This document shows positions 38,365 to 48,915 of a stretch of DNA of 64,000 bases, one piece after another. The notes under the pieces were generated by a model that was not told the origin of the DNA, did not search any database, and worked only from the letters and a program-made list of their open reading frames with translations. Numbering within the stretch: position 1 is the stretch's first letter; each line of letters opens with the position of its first letter. Origin of the DNA: Fidelibacterota bacterium (GTDB lineage: Bacteria; Fidelibacterota; Marinisomatia; Marinisomatales; Marinisomataceae); the NCBI GenBank assembly GCA_019650355.1, contig BOWX01000003.1, forward strand, positions 38,996 through 102,995. Direction: 5' to 3'. The position numbers and the translations under genes are program-made.

Positions 38365-40826
38365 ATGTATAAAAAAAACCGCAATAATTTTGTGCCTATT
38401 TTCAATGATTTTTGCTCAAGATAATGTTGAGCTTGAAGAAAATAGACATTTTAATTCTTATCAAATCAATTTAGATCGTTTTAAACAATTAAATGAAGAC
38501 ATCACAACACCAAATACTTATCGTACTGCTGCTGGTTATCCAGGACATGAATACTGGCAAGTAAGAGCAGATTATGATATGAAATTGAGAATTGATGACA
38601 ACAAGCAAAGACTTTATGGAGAAGAAACAGTTACGTTTTACAATAATTCTCCTGATGCATTGAATTATTTATGGATGGAGCTCACACAAAATGTTAGAGC
38701 CTTAGATTCAGATTCCTACAAAATTCAATCTACTGGTGACCTTTCAGCGCAAAGAGGAAATGAGAAGATGGTTATTGGTAGTACAGTCTCATCAAGAACA
38801 TTAGAAAACTTTTATCGTGATTTTGATGGCGGTTTCAAAATTCAGTATGTAAAAGATGAAAAAAATAAAAATGTTCCATATACAATCAATAAAACTATGA
38901 TGCGTATTGATGTTCCTGAACCAATTCAATCGGGAGATACTTATACTTTCAAGATTAAATGGTGGTATAATATCAATGATCATATTAGAGACGGTGGAAG
39001 ATCAGGATATGAATATTTTGAGGATGACGATAACTACATTTATACTATAGCACAATTCTTTCCAAGAATGTGTATGTATAATGATGTATATGGTTGGCAA
39101 AATAAACAATTCTTAGGTAGAGGTGAATTCACATTAATTTTCGGTGATTATGATGTAAAAATTACTGTACCTGAAGATTTTGTTGTTGGAGCTACCGGAG
39201 CATTACAAAACCCAGATGAAGTACTTACTGATGAGCAAATTAATAGACTTGAAAAAGCAAAGAAATCCAAAGAGCCCGTTTTAATTGTTACAGTGGATGA
39301 AGCCTTAGAAAATCTTGAAACCAAAACAAGTAGACAAAAAACATGGCACTTTAAAGCAGAAAATGTAAGAGACTATGCATTTGCTGCTTCAAGAAGATAT
39401 ATATGGGATGCCATGGGTGTGCAAGTAGGCGATAATACAGTAATGGCTATGTCCTACTATCCAAATGAAGCAAACCCTCTATGGGGGCAATATTCAACAA
39501 AAGCAGTAGCACACACTGTTGATTTTTATTCAAAGTATACATTTGATTATCCATATCCTGTTGCTATTTCAGCTCATATTGATCGTATGGGAATGGAGTA
39601 TCCAATGGTTTCATTTAATGGATATCGACCAGAAGAAGATGGTACATATTCTGAAAGAACTAAAAGAGGATTAATTGGTGTAATTATTCATGAGGTTGGA
39701 CACTTCTGGTTTCCAATGATTGTTAACTCAGATGAAAGACAGTGGACATGGATGGATGAAGGTCTTAATTCCTTTATGGATGATTTAGCAGGAAGAGCAT
39801 GGGATTCAGAGTTGTTTCATCCAAGAAATAACCAAGACTATATCGTAAGATATATGCGAGGAGATAAATCTAACATAATGCCTATAATGACAAACTCTGA
39901 ATCCATTTATCAATTTGGTGCAAATGCGTACGGTAAACCTACAGTTGCATTAAATATTTTAAGAGATACTATTATGGGTAGAGAATTATTTGATTTTGCG
40001 TTCAAAGAATATTCAAAAACTTGGATGTTTAAGCATCCAACACCATCTGACTTTTTCCGAATTATGGAAAATGCATCTGGTGTAGATTTAGACTGGTTTT
40101 GGAGAGGATGGTTTTTACAAATGACCATGTAGATTTATCCATCGAAGAAGTTGAATGGTTTCAATTAGAATCGATCCAACCAAAAAAGAGCAGCTGAAAA
40201 GAAGGATAAAGAAGGCAAAAAATACTATGCTGCAATGTTAGATGAAAAGATATCAAGCAGACAGTTACAGAACGAGATCCTAAAACAAAAGACTTCTATG
40301 ACTCTTATGATGAGTTTGCTGATATAACAGATTGAGTCAACGTAGAAGATATGAAACAATGTTAAATGATGCTGATCTTTCAGATGAAATGAAAGCTAAA
40401 ATCATGGAAAAAATGAGCGGCAAGAGCCAGTATGAGGAATTACTGGATGAGCTGTCTGATAATGAACGAAGATTAGCTAAAAGAAATGATCACTTCTATA
40501 AGATTAAATTCAAGAATATTGGTGGACTTGTGATGCCGTTGATTATTGAAATGACATTTGAAGATGGATCAACTGATGTTGTTAGAATACCTGTAGAAAT
40601 TTGGAGATTTAATAGACCAGAAGTATCAAAGGTATTTAAAACAGAAAAGAAAGTTGTAAGCTTTACGTTGGATCCTTTTAGAGAAACTGCTGATACGTAT
40701 AGAGATAATAATCATTGGCCACCAAAAAATGAGCCAACTTTATTTGATATTTATAAGTATGATAGTTCATCATGGTATGGTGGATCTAATCCAATGCAGA
40801 GAGCTAAACAAAGCGATTCGAAGTAA
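38365..40826 (+). pseudogene. Secreted M1-family (gluzincin) metallopeptidase of about 820 codons, five frame breaks
   Basis: HEVGH-x18-E zinc site (HEVGHFWFPMIVNSDERQWTWMDE). The signal peptide MYKKTAIILCLFSMIFAQ is restored if the A8 run 38371-38378 is A7. The C-terminal part continues through breaks at 40112-16, 40182-87, 40245-48 and 40332-33 into ORF 40332-40826. Confidence 0.75.
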
Positions 40827-40844
40827 TATTAGGACGACTAAATA

Positions 40845-41321
40845 ATGTATAAATTATTTTTTCAAATAATTTTATTACACTCGGTTGTTTTTAGTCATCA
40901 ATTTTTTTTGACTACAACTGAGGTGCGCTTAAGTGATAATCAAAAAAGTTTAGAGATAACTATTCAAACCTTCACCCATGATGTTGAAGCGTTATTAAAG
41001 AAAGCCGATTTTAATCTAGCCAATTTAGGTTCTGAGCGTGAAAACAAAGATATCGATGATTTTATAATAGATTACCTTTCAGATAATTTTATTATACAAG
41101 ATCATTATTGGAGATATCTTGGAAAGAAAATTGATGGAGATTTCACTCTATTTTTTTTAGAAATTGATAAATTTAATTCGCCATCTAATGTAGCTGTATT
41201 CAATACAATATTTATGGATATGTATCAAAAGCAACAAAACATCATGAATGTTTATGGAACAAAGAATGTCCAGTCTTCAACTATGACTGTTGAAGAACCT
41301 GCATTTAAGTTTGAGCTTTAG
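40845..41321 (+). CDS. DUF6702-like small secreted protein
   Basis: 158 aa. Its N-terminal HQFFLTTTEVRLSDNQKSLEITIQTF resembles the family that often follows M1 peptidases in Bacteroidetes (from memory). Confidence 0.4.
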   Translation: MYKLFFQIILLHSVVFSHQFFLTTTEVRLSDNQKSLEITIQTFTHDVEALLKKADFNLANLGSERENKDIDDFIIDYLSDNFIIQDHYWRYLGKKIDGDFTLFFLEIDKFNSPSNVAVFNTIFMDMYQKQQNIMNVYGTKNVQSSTMTVEEPAFKFEL

Positions 41322-42153
41322 CAGTTTCTTGATTGCCAACATACCAGATATATATTCCGCTGAGCATCATTGCTATACATAGAAGTTGGCCCATGCTTAA
41401 ATCGAAAAGAATAAATCCTAAGTGAGCATCTGGCTCTCTAAAATATTCAATGAAAAATCGTACAAACCCATAACCAAACACATACGTACCACTATTAAAT
41501 CCAAGTTTATTATGTTTGTTAAATGAGTTAATTACATAATAAAGAATAATTCCTTCAAACAACGCTTCATATAATTGTGATGGATGTCGTAATACATTAT
41601 CTCCTGCATTTGGGAAATACATTCCTATAGATGCTTCCGTCGTTCTGCCGTACAGTTCTCCATTGATAAAGTTTCCAATTCTACCAAAAAAATAGCCCAA
41701 AGGAATAGCAGCAGTCAAAAAGTCTGCTAATTCAAATAAATGTAATTTTACTTTTCTACTAAAAAGCCATATTGCAGTAACAACTCCAATAACCCCTCCA
41801 TGGTAAGACATACCTGCAATACCAGTAAATACCCAATTACCATTATAATATTTGAAAGGAAGAAGAATTTCTAATGGATTAGAAAGGTAATATTCAAAAT
41901 TATAAAAAATAACATATCCAAATCTTGCTCCAATTAATAATCCAATAAAACACCATGATAGCAAGTCTTCAAATTGCTCTAGATTAATTTTTTTAAACTT
42001 GTTTTGCTTAATTTTTTTGCTGCAGAGAATATATACTACTCCAAAAGCAACAAGATACATTGTTGAATACCAATAAATAGTTAAGGGACCAATTGAAATT
42101 AGTACCGGATCCATTTTTGAGGGTAAAGTTTGCCACCATGATAGGAAATCCAT
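41305..42153 (-). CDS. lgt: Prolipoprotein diacylglyceryl transferase
   Basis: YHGGVIG and FGRIGNFINGELYGR signatures. Multiple TM helices. Confidence 0.9.
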   Translation of the reverse strand: MDFLSWWQTLPSKMDPVLISIGPLTIYWYSTMYLVAFGVVYILCSKKIKQNKFKKINLEQFEDLLSWCFIGLLIGARFGYVIFYNFEYYLSNPLEILLPFKYYNGNWVFTGIAGMSYHGGVIGVVTAIWLFSRKVKLHLFELADFLTAAIPLGYFFGRIGNFINGELYGRTTEASIGMYFPNAGDNVLRHPSQLYEALFEGIILYYVINSFNKHNKLGFNSGTYVFGYGFVRFFIEYFREPDAHLGFILFDLSMGQLLCIAMMLSGIYIWYVGNQETAKAQT

Positions 42154-42215
42154 ATAGAAAGATACAAAAAATACTTTGTAACCTAAAAAAAATTATATAA
42201 CCTCGAATACAAACT

Positions 42216-42743
42216 ATGATTTTATCAGGAAAAGAAATTCTTAAGCGTAAAGATCAAGATATTATCATTGAACCTTTCAATGAAAATCAGATCAACCCTA
42301 ATAGTTACAACTTAAGACTCCACAATGAGTTAATGGTTTATGAAAACAGTCCTCTAGATATGAAAGAAGATAATGCTGCTAAGAAAATTATTATACCAGA
42401 GGATGGATTATTACTTGAAAGCAGAAAGTTATATTTAGGAAGGACTATAGAATATACTGAGACGCATAATTTAGTACCAATGCTTGAAGGAAGATCATCT
42501 GTTGGTAGGTTAGGACTTTTTGTTCATGTAACAGCAGGATTTGGTGATGTTGGGTTTAAAGGTTATTGGACTTTAGAGATTTTTTGTGTTCAACCAATAA
42601 AAATTTATCCTTCTGTTGAAATTTGTCAAATTTTTTATCACTCCGTAGAAGGTGAAGTAGATCCTTATAAGAGTGGAAAATATCAAGGTAATAAAGATAT
42701 TCAAACTAGTATGCTCTATAAAGACTTCAAAAAAGATGAATAA
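42216..42743 (+). CDS. dcd: dCTP deaminase
   Basis: 175 aa. [15 protein letters not shown] and WTLEI motifs. Housekeeping size, with no extra domains. Confidence 0.9.
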   Translation: MILSGKEILKRKDQDIIIEPFNENQINPNSYNLRLHNELMVYENSPLDMKEDNAAKKIIIPEDGLLLESRKLYLGRTIEYTETHNLVPMLEGRSSVGRLGLFVHVTAGFGDVGFKGYWTLEIFCVQPIKIYPSVEICQIFYHSVEGEVDPYKSGKYQGNKDIQTSMLYKDFKKDE

Positions 42744-42969
42744 AATTTTTATCTTTCCGTTCATTATAATAATAAAATTTTATCAAACACTTATTTCACC
42801 ATTATTAGGTTCAAATTGTAGGTTTCAACCTACATGTTCTGAGTATTGCATGGATTCTTTAAAAACGTGGGGTTTATTTAAAGGTCTTTATTTATCCATG
42901 AAGAGAATTATAAAATGTCATCCGTGGGGTGGAAAAGGTTATGACCCTGTTCCAAGGAAAAGATTAAAT
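42736..42969 (+). CDS. yidD: Membrane protein insertion efficiency factor YidD. No stop codon, so it reads in frame into the next gene.
   Basis: [23 protein letters not shown] and [13 protein letters not shown] signatures. Its ATG at 42736 overlaps the dcd stop (ATGAATAA). Confidence 0.8.
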
Positions 42970-43674
42970 ATGTATGAACTTATTGAAAGCTTGGAATTAA
43001 TTCTTAATAATAATTTTACATATTCTGTTATTTTTATCTTAGGTATGTTTCATGCGCTTGAGCCTGGCCACGGTAAAACTCTGATTTTAGCATATTTAAG
43101 TGGAGGGTCATTAAGGTTTTCTGGTTCGTTAAAAATCATTAGTGGACTTATAATTACACACTTTCTTTTATTCTCATTAATTGCTTTTTTGATCAAAGCA
43201 GGTGGAGACAAATTTCCAATTTTAGGTTATATAGGACCTTTATTAATTATATTTCTTGGTGTCTATTTATTAATAAGATCTTTGAAAGAAACTAGACATG
43301 AAAATGAAGAAGAGTGTAATGATCCAATGCATTTTCATTTCAACGACACAAAATATGCAAGCCCATTCATCACTGGATTGGTAGCAGGATCAATCCCTTG
43401 TCCTTCTGCTATAGCGGTATTACTTATTGCAGCAAATAAATTTCAAAATGATTTTATTACACTATACTCGTCTATTTTTATTTATGTTTTAGGAATCGCT
43501 TTGACACTGATTGGAATTATGACTTTATTTTTAATGTTTAAAGATAGATTTGTAAACCAATTAAACTCTGTTAATAAAAAATTTAATACAAATATTGTTG
43601 CAGCAATTCTAATAATTACAGTAGGAATATTATACTTTATGTTTAGTTATTTAGGAATTGAGCATCAACACTAG
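42970..43674 (+). CDS. RcnA/NicO-family nickel/cobalt efflux permease (in frame with yidD as sequenced)
   Basis: [14 protein letters not shown] and [14 protein letters not shown] closely parallel E. coli RcnA motifs. Acidic/His loop. Six TM helices. Confidence 0.75.
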   Translation: MYELIESLELILNNNFTYSVIFILGMFHALEPGHGKTLILAYLSGGSLRFSGSLKIISGLIITHFLLFSLIAFLIKAGGDKFPILGYIGPLLIIFLGVYLLIRSLKETRHENEEECNDPMHFHFNDTKYASPFITGLVAGSIPCPSAIAVLLIAANKFQNDFITLYSSIFIYVLGIALTLIGIMTLFLMFKDRFVNQLNSVNKKFNTNIVAAILIITVGILYFMFSYLGIEHQH

Positions 43675-44183
43675 TCATGCTGAACAAATTCAAATTGTTC
43701 TTTTTTGTATCCTAGCTCTTCAAGAGAAGTGATAATTTTTTTATATCCTTCATCTGTTATTTTTGGTGTTCTTCCCATAATCCAACCCATAGTATTTTTG
43801 GGATAACCAACTGCCATATATTCATAATTATCATCGACATAAACGATTTTAAATGGGAATTTCATAAATGGAATAAAAGGTTTTCTCATTTGAATGGTCC
43901 ATTCTGCATTTGAAGTTTTATTTATCACGGTACCTTTTTGCTTAATCTGCCTTGCTTGACCATCTTTAATAGCATCATAAGTAATATCTATAGTACCATC
44001 TTTATTTAAAACGTAAGTATCTGAAGAGTTTGTAGCTCCTTTTTCAATCATATTAGGAACTAGGGCAATCACAAACCATTTACCCATAAATTTTTCTAAA
44101 TCTACTGATTCAACTGTTTTCATCGTGTCAGCTCCTTTTAAAAAACTTGCAAAGATTAAGAATAAGATTAGTAATGTTTTCAT
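43671..44183 (-). CDS. Lipocalin-family (Blc-like) secreted protein
   Basis: Signal peptide. The FMGKWFVIA motif corresponds to the lipocalin GxW region. 170 aa. Confidence 0.5.
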   Translation of the reverse strand: MKTLLILFLIFASFLKGADTMKTVESVDLEKFMGKWFVIALVPNMIEKGATNSSDTYVLNKDGTIDITYDAIKDGQARQIKQKGTVINKTSNAEWTIQMRKPFIPFMKFPFKIVYVDDNYEYMAVGYPKNTMGWIMGRTPKITDEGYKKIITSLEELGYKKEQFEFVQHD

Positions 44184-44184
44184 T

Positions 44185-44529
44185 TTAAATTTCTACTCCA
44201 ATTTTTTTATATAACATACTTAAAGCAAAATATAATACTACCATGATTGAAATTGAAAGAAACATGCTTGGAATAAAATTGATTCTTTTTAAAAAATATG
44301 GCAACGTAATAAAAAATGATAATGAAGGCATAATCATTGCAAATACTCCATAGGAAAAATCAATTATTTTATCTACATCCTTAGTTTCAAAATAAATCCA
44401 CGAAATTGTAATCAAAGAAATCATGGGAAGTGATACAATTATAGCTCCTAAAAGAGAATCTCTTTTCCCAATCTCTGATGCGGCAAATATAATTAGTGCG
44501 GATATTAATATTTTTGCTATATTGAACAT
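44185..44529 (-). CDS. Small 4-TM membrane protein (DUF3147-like)
   Basis: I start it at the internal ATG (MFNIAKILISALIIFAASEIGKR). The longer ORF-track version (to 44712) would run antisense through zupT. Confidence 0.4.
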   Translation of the reverse strand: MFNIAKILISALIIFAASEIGKRDSLLGAIIVSLPMISLITISWIYFETKDVDKIIDFSYGVFAMIMPSLSFFITLPYFLKRINFIPSMFLSISIMVVLYFALSMLYKKIGVEI

Positions 44530-44539
44530 CAGTAAAATT

Positions 44540-45333
44540 ATGGAATTAAATAATATATATCTAGGGTTTGCTTTAGCAACGTTTGCAGGGTTAAGTACAG
44601 GGATTGGCAGTGGTTTAGCTCTTTTTACAAAATCGTTTAATAAACGTTTTTTAGCTATTGCACTAGGCTTATCTGCTGGAATCATGTTATATGTATCTTT
44701 TGTGGAGCTCATGCAACTATCTTTTGAATCGTTAACAGCAATATATGGAATGAACTTTGGTAAGTTGATAACGGTTACAGGATTTGTTGTTGGATTATTA
44801 TTAATGCTTCTTATCGATCAATTATTTGATCATCATTCAATAGCAGATTTTATTTCTAGATCAGAAGATAAAAATGAATCTGTATTAATTAAAGCTGGTG
44901 TTTTTTCAGCAATTGCTTTGGCAATTCATAATTTTCCTGAAGGATTTGCTACTTTTACTGCTACCGTGTATGATCCCGCCATTGGTGTTACACTTGCCAC
45001 TGCAATAGCCGTACATAATATTCCAGAAGGCATTGCAGTTTCTGTTCCAATCTATTATGCAACTAAAAGCAAGCGAAAAGCTTTTTATATTTCATTTCTT
45101 TCTGGTCTTGCAGAACCAATTGGAGCATTAATCGGATTTCTAATATTTAGAACTGTATTCAATGAAGCTTTATTTGGTATATCTTTTGCATTTTGTGCAG
45201 GAATAATGGTTTATGTTGCTTTAAATGAACTATTACCTGTTGCAAAGAATATGGTGAGCCAAGTGATACAATCATTGGTGTAACAATTGGAATGATTATT
45301 ATGGCTATAAGCTTGATTATGATGTATGCTTAA
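44540..45333 (+). pseudogene. zupT: ZIP-family zinc transporter ZupT, one frame break near the 3' end
   Basis: HNFPEGFA and HNIPEGIAVS motifs. The C-terminus (YGEPSDTIIGVTIGMIIMAISLIMMYA) is recovered if the A3 run 45244-45246 is A4. Confidence 0.8.
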
Positions 45334-45365
45334 AAAAGTACGATAGTTTTCTTAGATAATTGGCT

Positions 45366-45955
45366 TTATAATAAGCCAGTTATTTCTTTTGATAGAGGCT
45401 TAACAGATTTGTCAAAAAATGCTACTAAATCACCGTCTTCATTGACAAGATACTTACAAAAATTCCAAGTAGGTTTTTTTCATTCCAACCATTTAAATCT
45501 TTATTAGTAGCCAAGTATAGACGGACTTTGTTTCTACCTTTAGTTGTAATTTTTGAGAACATTTGAAACGTAACACCATAATTTTTTTCACAAAATTCAG
45601 CGATATCTGAATCAGAGCCTCTTTCCTGGAACATAAAGTCATTTGCAGGAAATCCAAGTACAGCAACATCTTCACCATATAAATCATGAAGTTTTTGAAG
45701 ACCTTCATATTGATAAGTATAGCCACAGGCTGACGCCGTATTGACAATCAATACTTTTTTCCCTTTAAATTGTTCGAAATTAATCTCTTCACCATCAATT
45801 GATGTCGCTTTCAAATCATAAAAGCTCGCAATTGCTTTAGATTTTTCTAAAGGATCGTTCGTCTTTTTTGCAGTTAACCCAAACAATAGAAAAATAATTC
45901 CTATTGAAAGAAAGGCTATTAATGCCACGTTACTTGTTAATAATGTTTTTATCAT
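45366..45955 (-). pseudogene. Glutathione peroxidase (Cys type) with an N-terminal membrane anchor, one frame break
   Basis: NTASACGYT, LGFPANDF and the WNF motif. The C-terminus (KPTWNFCKYLVNEDGDLVAFF...) is recovered if the plus-strand T7 run 45474-45480 is T8. Confidence 0.8.
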
Positions 45956-46129
45956 ATTTTTGCTTAAATTTGCCTGCGAAAGTACTATGTATTTAATTAA
46001 AAAAGAAGAATTATCTGGAACAGCTCTCTGGTTAAAAGAGAATTTTGAAGCAATATTTTTATGGTTTTGCGTTATATGTATTGTTGTTTCAGCTTTGTTT
46101 ATATTAAAACTATATTTGAATCGACAGAA

Positions 46130-46963
46130 ATGAGAATTTTACAAACCATAGTAATATTATTTTTAATAGCTTGCCAGAGTGAGGTGTCAGATAAAGGCAT
46201 CAAACCAGCTCAATCTCAAGACAATTCAACGCAAGAATCTTTAGAGGAAGATTCTCAGCCATCTCAACAAATAACAAATGGTATTGTGTTTAAAGATGCT
46301 CAGGGGAATATACTTACCGATGCTCAAAAAGATAGTCTTGTTCAATATATGGATAATATCCAAGCACTTCGAAGATATGATCAAGATAACAATAATACTG
46401 AGTACATTTTATTTCAAGATTATGAAGATTTAAGAGGGTTTGTTTCCGATGATGCTATAGAGAATCTTATCGAAGAGAATAAGCTCAGAAGATCAGGAGG
46501 GCAAGGAGCAGTTCTTAACAAGAGAATTAATGATCAGTGGAAAGATAAGCCACTTCCTGATGGTGATTTTTTACAAATGATTGATGGAAGTGTAAAATCC
46601 TTTTCAGATTATAAGGGCAAATTGCTGGTAATAAACTTTTGGTACATTAATTGTGGTCCATGTATCGCTGAAATGCCATATTTAAATGACTTAGTTAATC
46701 AATATCAAAATGAGGATATCCATTTTTTAGCTTTAAGTTTTGATACTATACCAGATATTAAATCTTTTCTTAGTAAAACCGAGTTTAAATACGAGCATGG
46801 CTCAATATCAAGGTCTCTTATGTATGACTTTACTCCAGTAGCTCCAGGACATTTCATTGTAGACAGTGATGGAATCATTCGTGATATCATTGTTGGAGCT
46901 CCAAGACAGACTGAATTAATTTTTGGCAAGCTAGTAGACTTAATTGAAAAAAATAAAAAATAA
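46130..46963 (+). CDS. TlpA-like thiol:disulfide oxidoreductase lipoprotein
   Basis: Lipobox LFLIACQ. Thioredoxin-fold motif FWYINCGPC. I start it at ATG 46130 rather than 46061. Confidence 0.7.
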   Translation: MRILQTIVILFLIACQSEVSDKGIKPAQSQDNSTQESLEEDSQPSQQITNGIVFKDAQGNILTDAQKDSLVQYMDNIQALRRYDQDNNNTEYILFQDYEDLRGFVSDDAIENLIEENKLRRSGGQGAVLNKRINDQWKDKPLPDGDFLQMIDGSVKSFSDYKGKLLVINFWYINCGPCIAEMPYLNDLVNQYQNEDIHFLALSFDTIPDIKSFLSKTEFKYEHGSISRSLMYDFTPVAPGHFIVDSDGIIRDIIVGAPRQTELIFGKLVDLIEKNKK

Positions 46964-46999
46964 ATTCTTAAAGACTTATTCATTCAGTAAATTTTTTAG

Positions 47000-47800
47000 A
47001 TGAAAAAACTATTAACAATAATAATTGCATCACTTTCTTTCTTAAATGCTCAAACTCATATAGTTCCAGAAGGATTTTCTGGTTTTACAGTTTCGTTTAA
47101 ACATGATCAAAATGTTGATTTTTTTGGAGAAGGTAAGTTTTTAAGAGATAGTTATAGCAACGCTATTGGTTTAGGTTATGTGTATAATGGTATATTTGGA
47201 ATTGATTTAGGTTACGGGTACTCCCTAAATGATAAAAAAGACATATATACTTTTTCAACGGAAGAGGGAGCATCTACTTCAGAGGACGAAAACTTTAATT
47301 TTGTTGAAAATTTTAGATCAGAGAACTCTAATGTTGGAGATAAAACATTTTCCTTTGGCTTAACTTATTATCTTAATGAAAGCCAAACACTTTTTAGTTC
47401 AAATCTTCCATTAAATCTATCTATCGGCGCCAGATATGGAACAAAAAATTATACTAGTGATGCTTTAGATTTCTTGAATCAAGATTTTTATGGCAAGTTT
47501 TATGCTTTTGAATTTGGTGCCTATAAAGAAATTGAGACAAATGCTAGTTTTTATATGATTCCAAGATTAAAACTTAGTGTTAGCAGTGAGAAGAATATCT
47601 ACAATTCTCCTGATGCTGTAGTAGATGGTTCATCTGGTATTATTGATACTGATTCATTTAAGGTTCAAAGTACATACTTTGAAATTGCTCTTCCATTTAT
47701 TTTAAATAATACATCTGCAGGTCAGCCGTTTATTGAGCCAAGTATAGCTAATAAATTTGGTACTACACACTTAGGCTTAAGATTTGGTTTTTTATTTTAA
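47000..47800 (+). CDS. Hypothetical outer-membrane beta-barrel protein
   Basis: Signal peptide (SLSFLNAQ). Alternating beta pattern. C-terminal LGLRFGFLF ending in Phe, the typical OMP terminus. Confidence 0.5.
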   Translation: MKKLLTIIIASLSFLNAQTHIVPEGFSGFTVSFKHDQNVDFFGEGKFLRDSYSNAIGLGYVYNGIFGIDLGYGYSLNDKKDIYTFSTEEGASTSEDENFNFVENFRSENSNVGDKTFSFGLTYYLNESQTLFSSNLPLNLSIGARYGTKNYTSDALDFLNQDFYGKFYAFEFGAYKEIETNASFYMIPRLKLSVSSEKNIYNSPDAVVDGSSGIIDTDSFKVQSTYFEIALPFILNNTSAGQPFIEPSIANKFGTTHLGLRFGFLF

Positions 47801-47817
47801 CGTAAATTTATTTTTAT

Positions 47818-48903
47818 ATGTCTAAATCATTTAAGATTCATTCTGATATTTCTATTGCTGAAACATTACCATCATCATTTTATAGAGATACAAACGTTTT
47901 TGAAAAAATTAAGCAAGATATTTTTCTTAAATCATGGCAATTCATTGGAGATAATTCACAAATAAAACTTAATAATTCATTTATGCCACAGACGATACTT
48001 GACGGTTTTTTGACTGAACCTATTGTCATAACAAGGGATGATAAAAGTAAAGTCCATTGCCTTACAAATGTCTGTACTCATAGAGGAAATATTGTTGCAC
48101 TTGGACCCGGAAAATCTAAAAAATTAACTTGCTGTTACCATGGAAGAGCATTTGATTTAGATGGTAGTTTTAAATCAATGCCTGAATTTGACCAAACTAA
48201 AAATTTTCCATCAGAAAATGACAATCTACATAGCTTTCCGATTGAAGAGTGGGGACCTTTTTTGTTCGCAGGGATGAATCCTTCATTTGAATTTAAAACA
48301 GTGTTAGATGTTATGGATGAAAGAATTGGATTTTTACCTTTAGATCAATTTTTATTTGACGCCAATTTATCTAAAGACTACCTAGTCAATTGTCATTGGG
48401 CTCTGTATTGTGATAATTATTTAGAAGGATTTCATATTCCATTTGTTCATGAAGGATTAAATAAGGTTTTAGATTATAGTAATTATCAAACAGTTCTTTA
48501 TGATCACTGTAATTTACAAATAGGTTTTTCAGATGAATCAAATGAAGTTTTTGATTTTCCAAAAGACCATATTGATTATGGAAAAAATATTGCAGCATAC
48601 TATTATTGGCTTTTCCCAAATATGATGTTCAATTTTTATCCTTGGGGTCTTTCAATCAATGTTGTTAAACCTTTGTCTATTAATAAAACTAAAGTTTCTT
48701 TTATGACATATGTTTTTGATGATTCAAAACTTCATAAAGGTGCTGGCAATGATATTGATAAAGTAGAAAGAGAAGATGAATTCATTGTTGAAAATGTTAA
48801 TAAAGGTATTCAGTCATCATTTTATAAATCAGGAAGATATTCACCAACTAGAGAGCAGGGCGTACATCATTTTCATCGCTTGTTAGCTCAATTTCTTAAC
48901 TAA
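47818..48903 (+). CDS. Rieske [2Fe-2S] non-heme-iron oxygenase alpha subunit (choline-monooxygenase-like)
   Basis: Rieske CTHRG...CCYHGRAF. Mononuclear iron motif DNYLEGFHIPFVH. Confidence 0.75.
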   Translation: MSKSFKIHSDISIAETLPSSFYRDTNVFEKIKQDIFLKSWQFIGDNSQIKLNNSFMPQTILDGFLTEPIVITRDDKSKVHCLTNVCTHRGNIVALGPGKSKKLTCCYHGRAFDLDGSFKSMPEFDQTKNFPSENDNLHSFPIEEWGPFLFAGMNPSFEFKTVLDVMDERIGFLPLDQFLFDANLSKDYLVNCHWALYCDNYLEGFHIPFVHEGLNKVLDYSNYQTVLYDHCNLQIGFSDESNEVFDFPKDHIDYGKNIAAYYYWLFPNMMFNFYPWGLSINVVKPLSINKTKVSFMTYVFDDSKLHKGAGNDIDKVEREDEFIVENVNKGIQSSFYKSGRYSPTREQGVHHFHRLLAQFLN

Positions 48904-48915
48904 TAATTAAATACA

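Noticed and set aside
38149-38424. ORF 38149-38424 (+) as a gene overlapping the EthD-like gene.
   Set aside because: Only its last ~20 codons (MYKKNRNNFVPIFNDFCSR) matter. They are the out-of-frame start of the M1 peptidase, created by the A8 run, and the rest is antisense to ORF 37930-38262.
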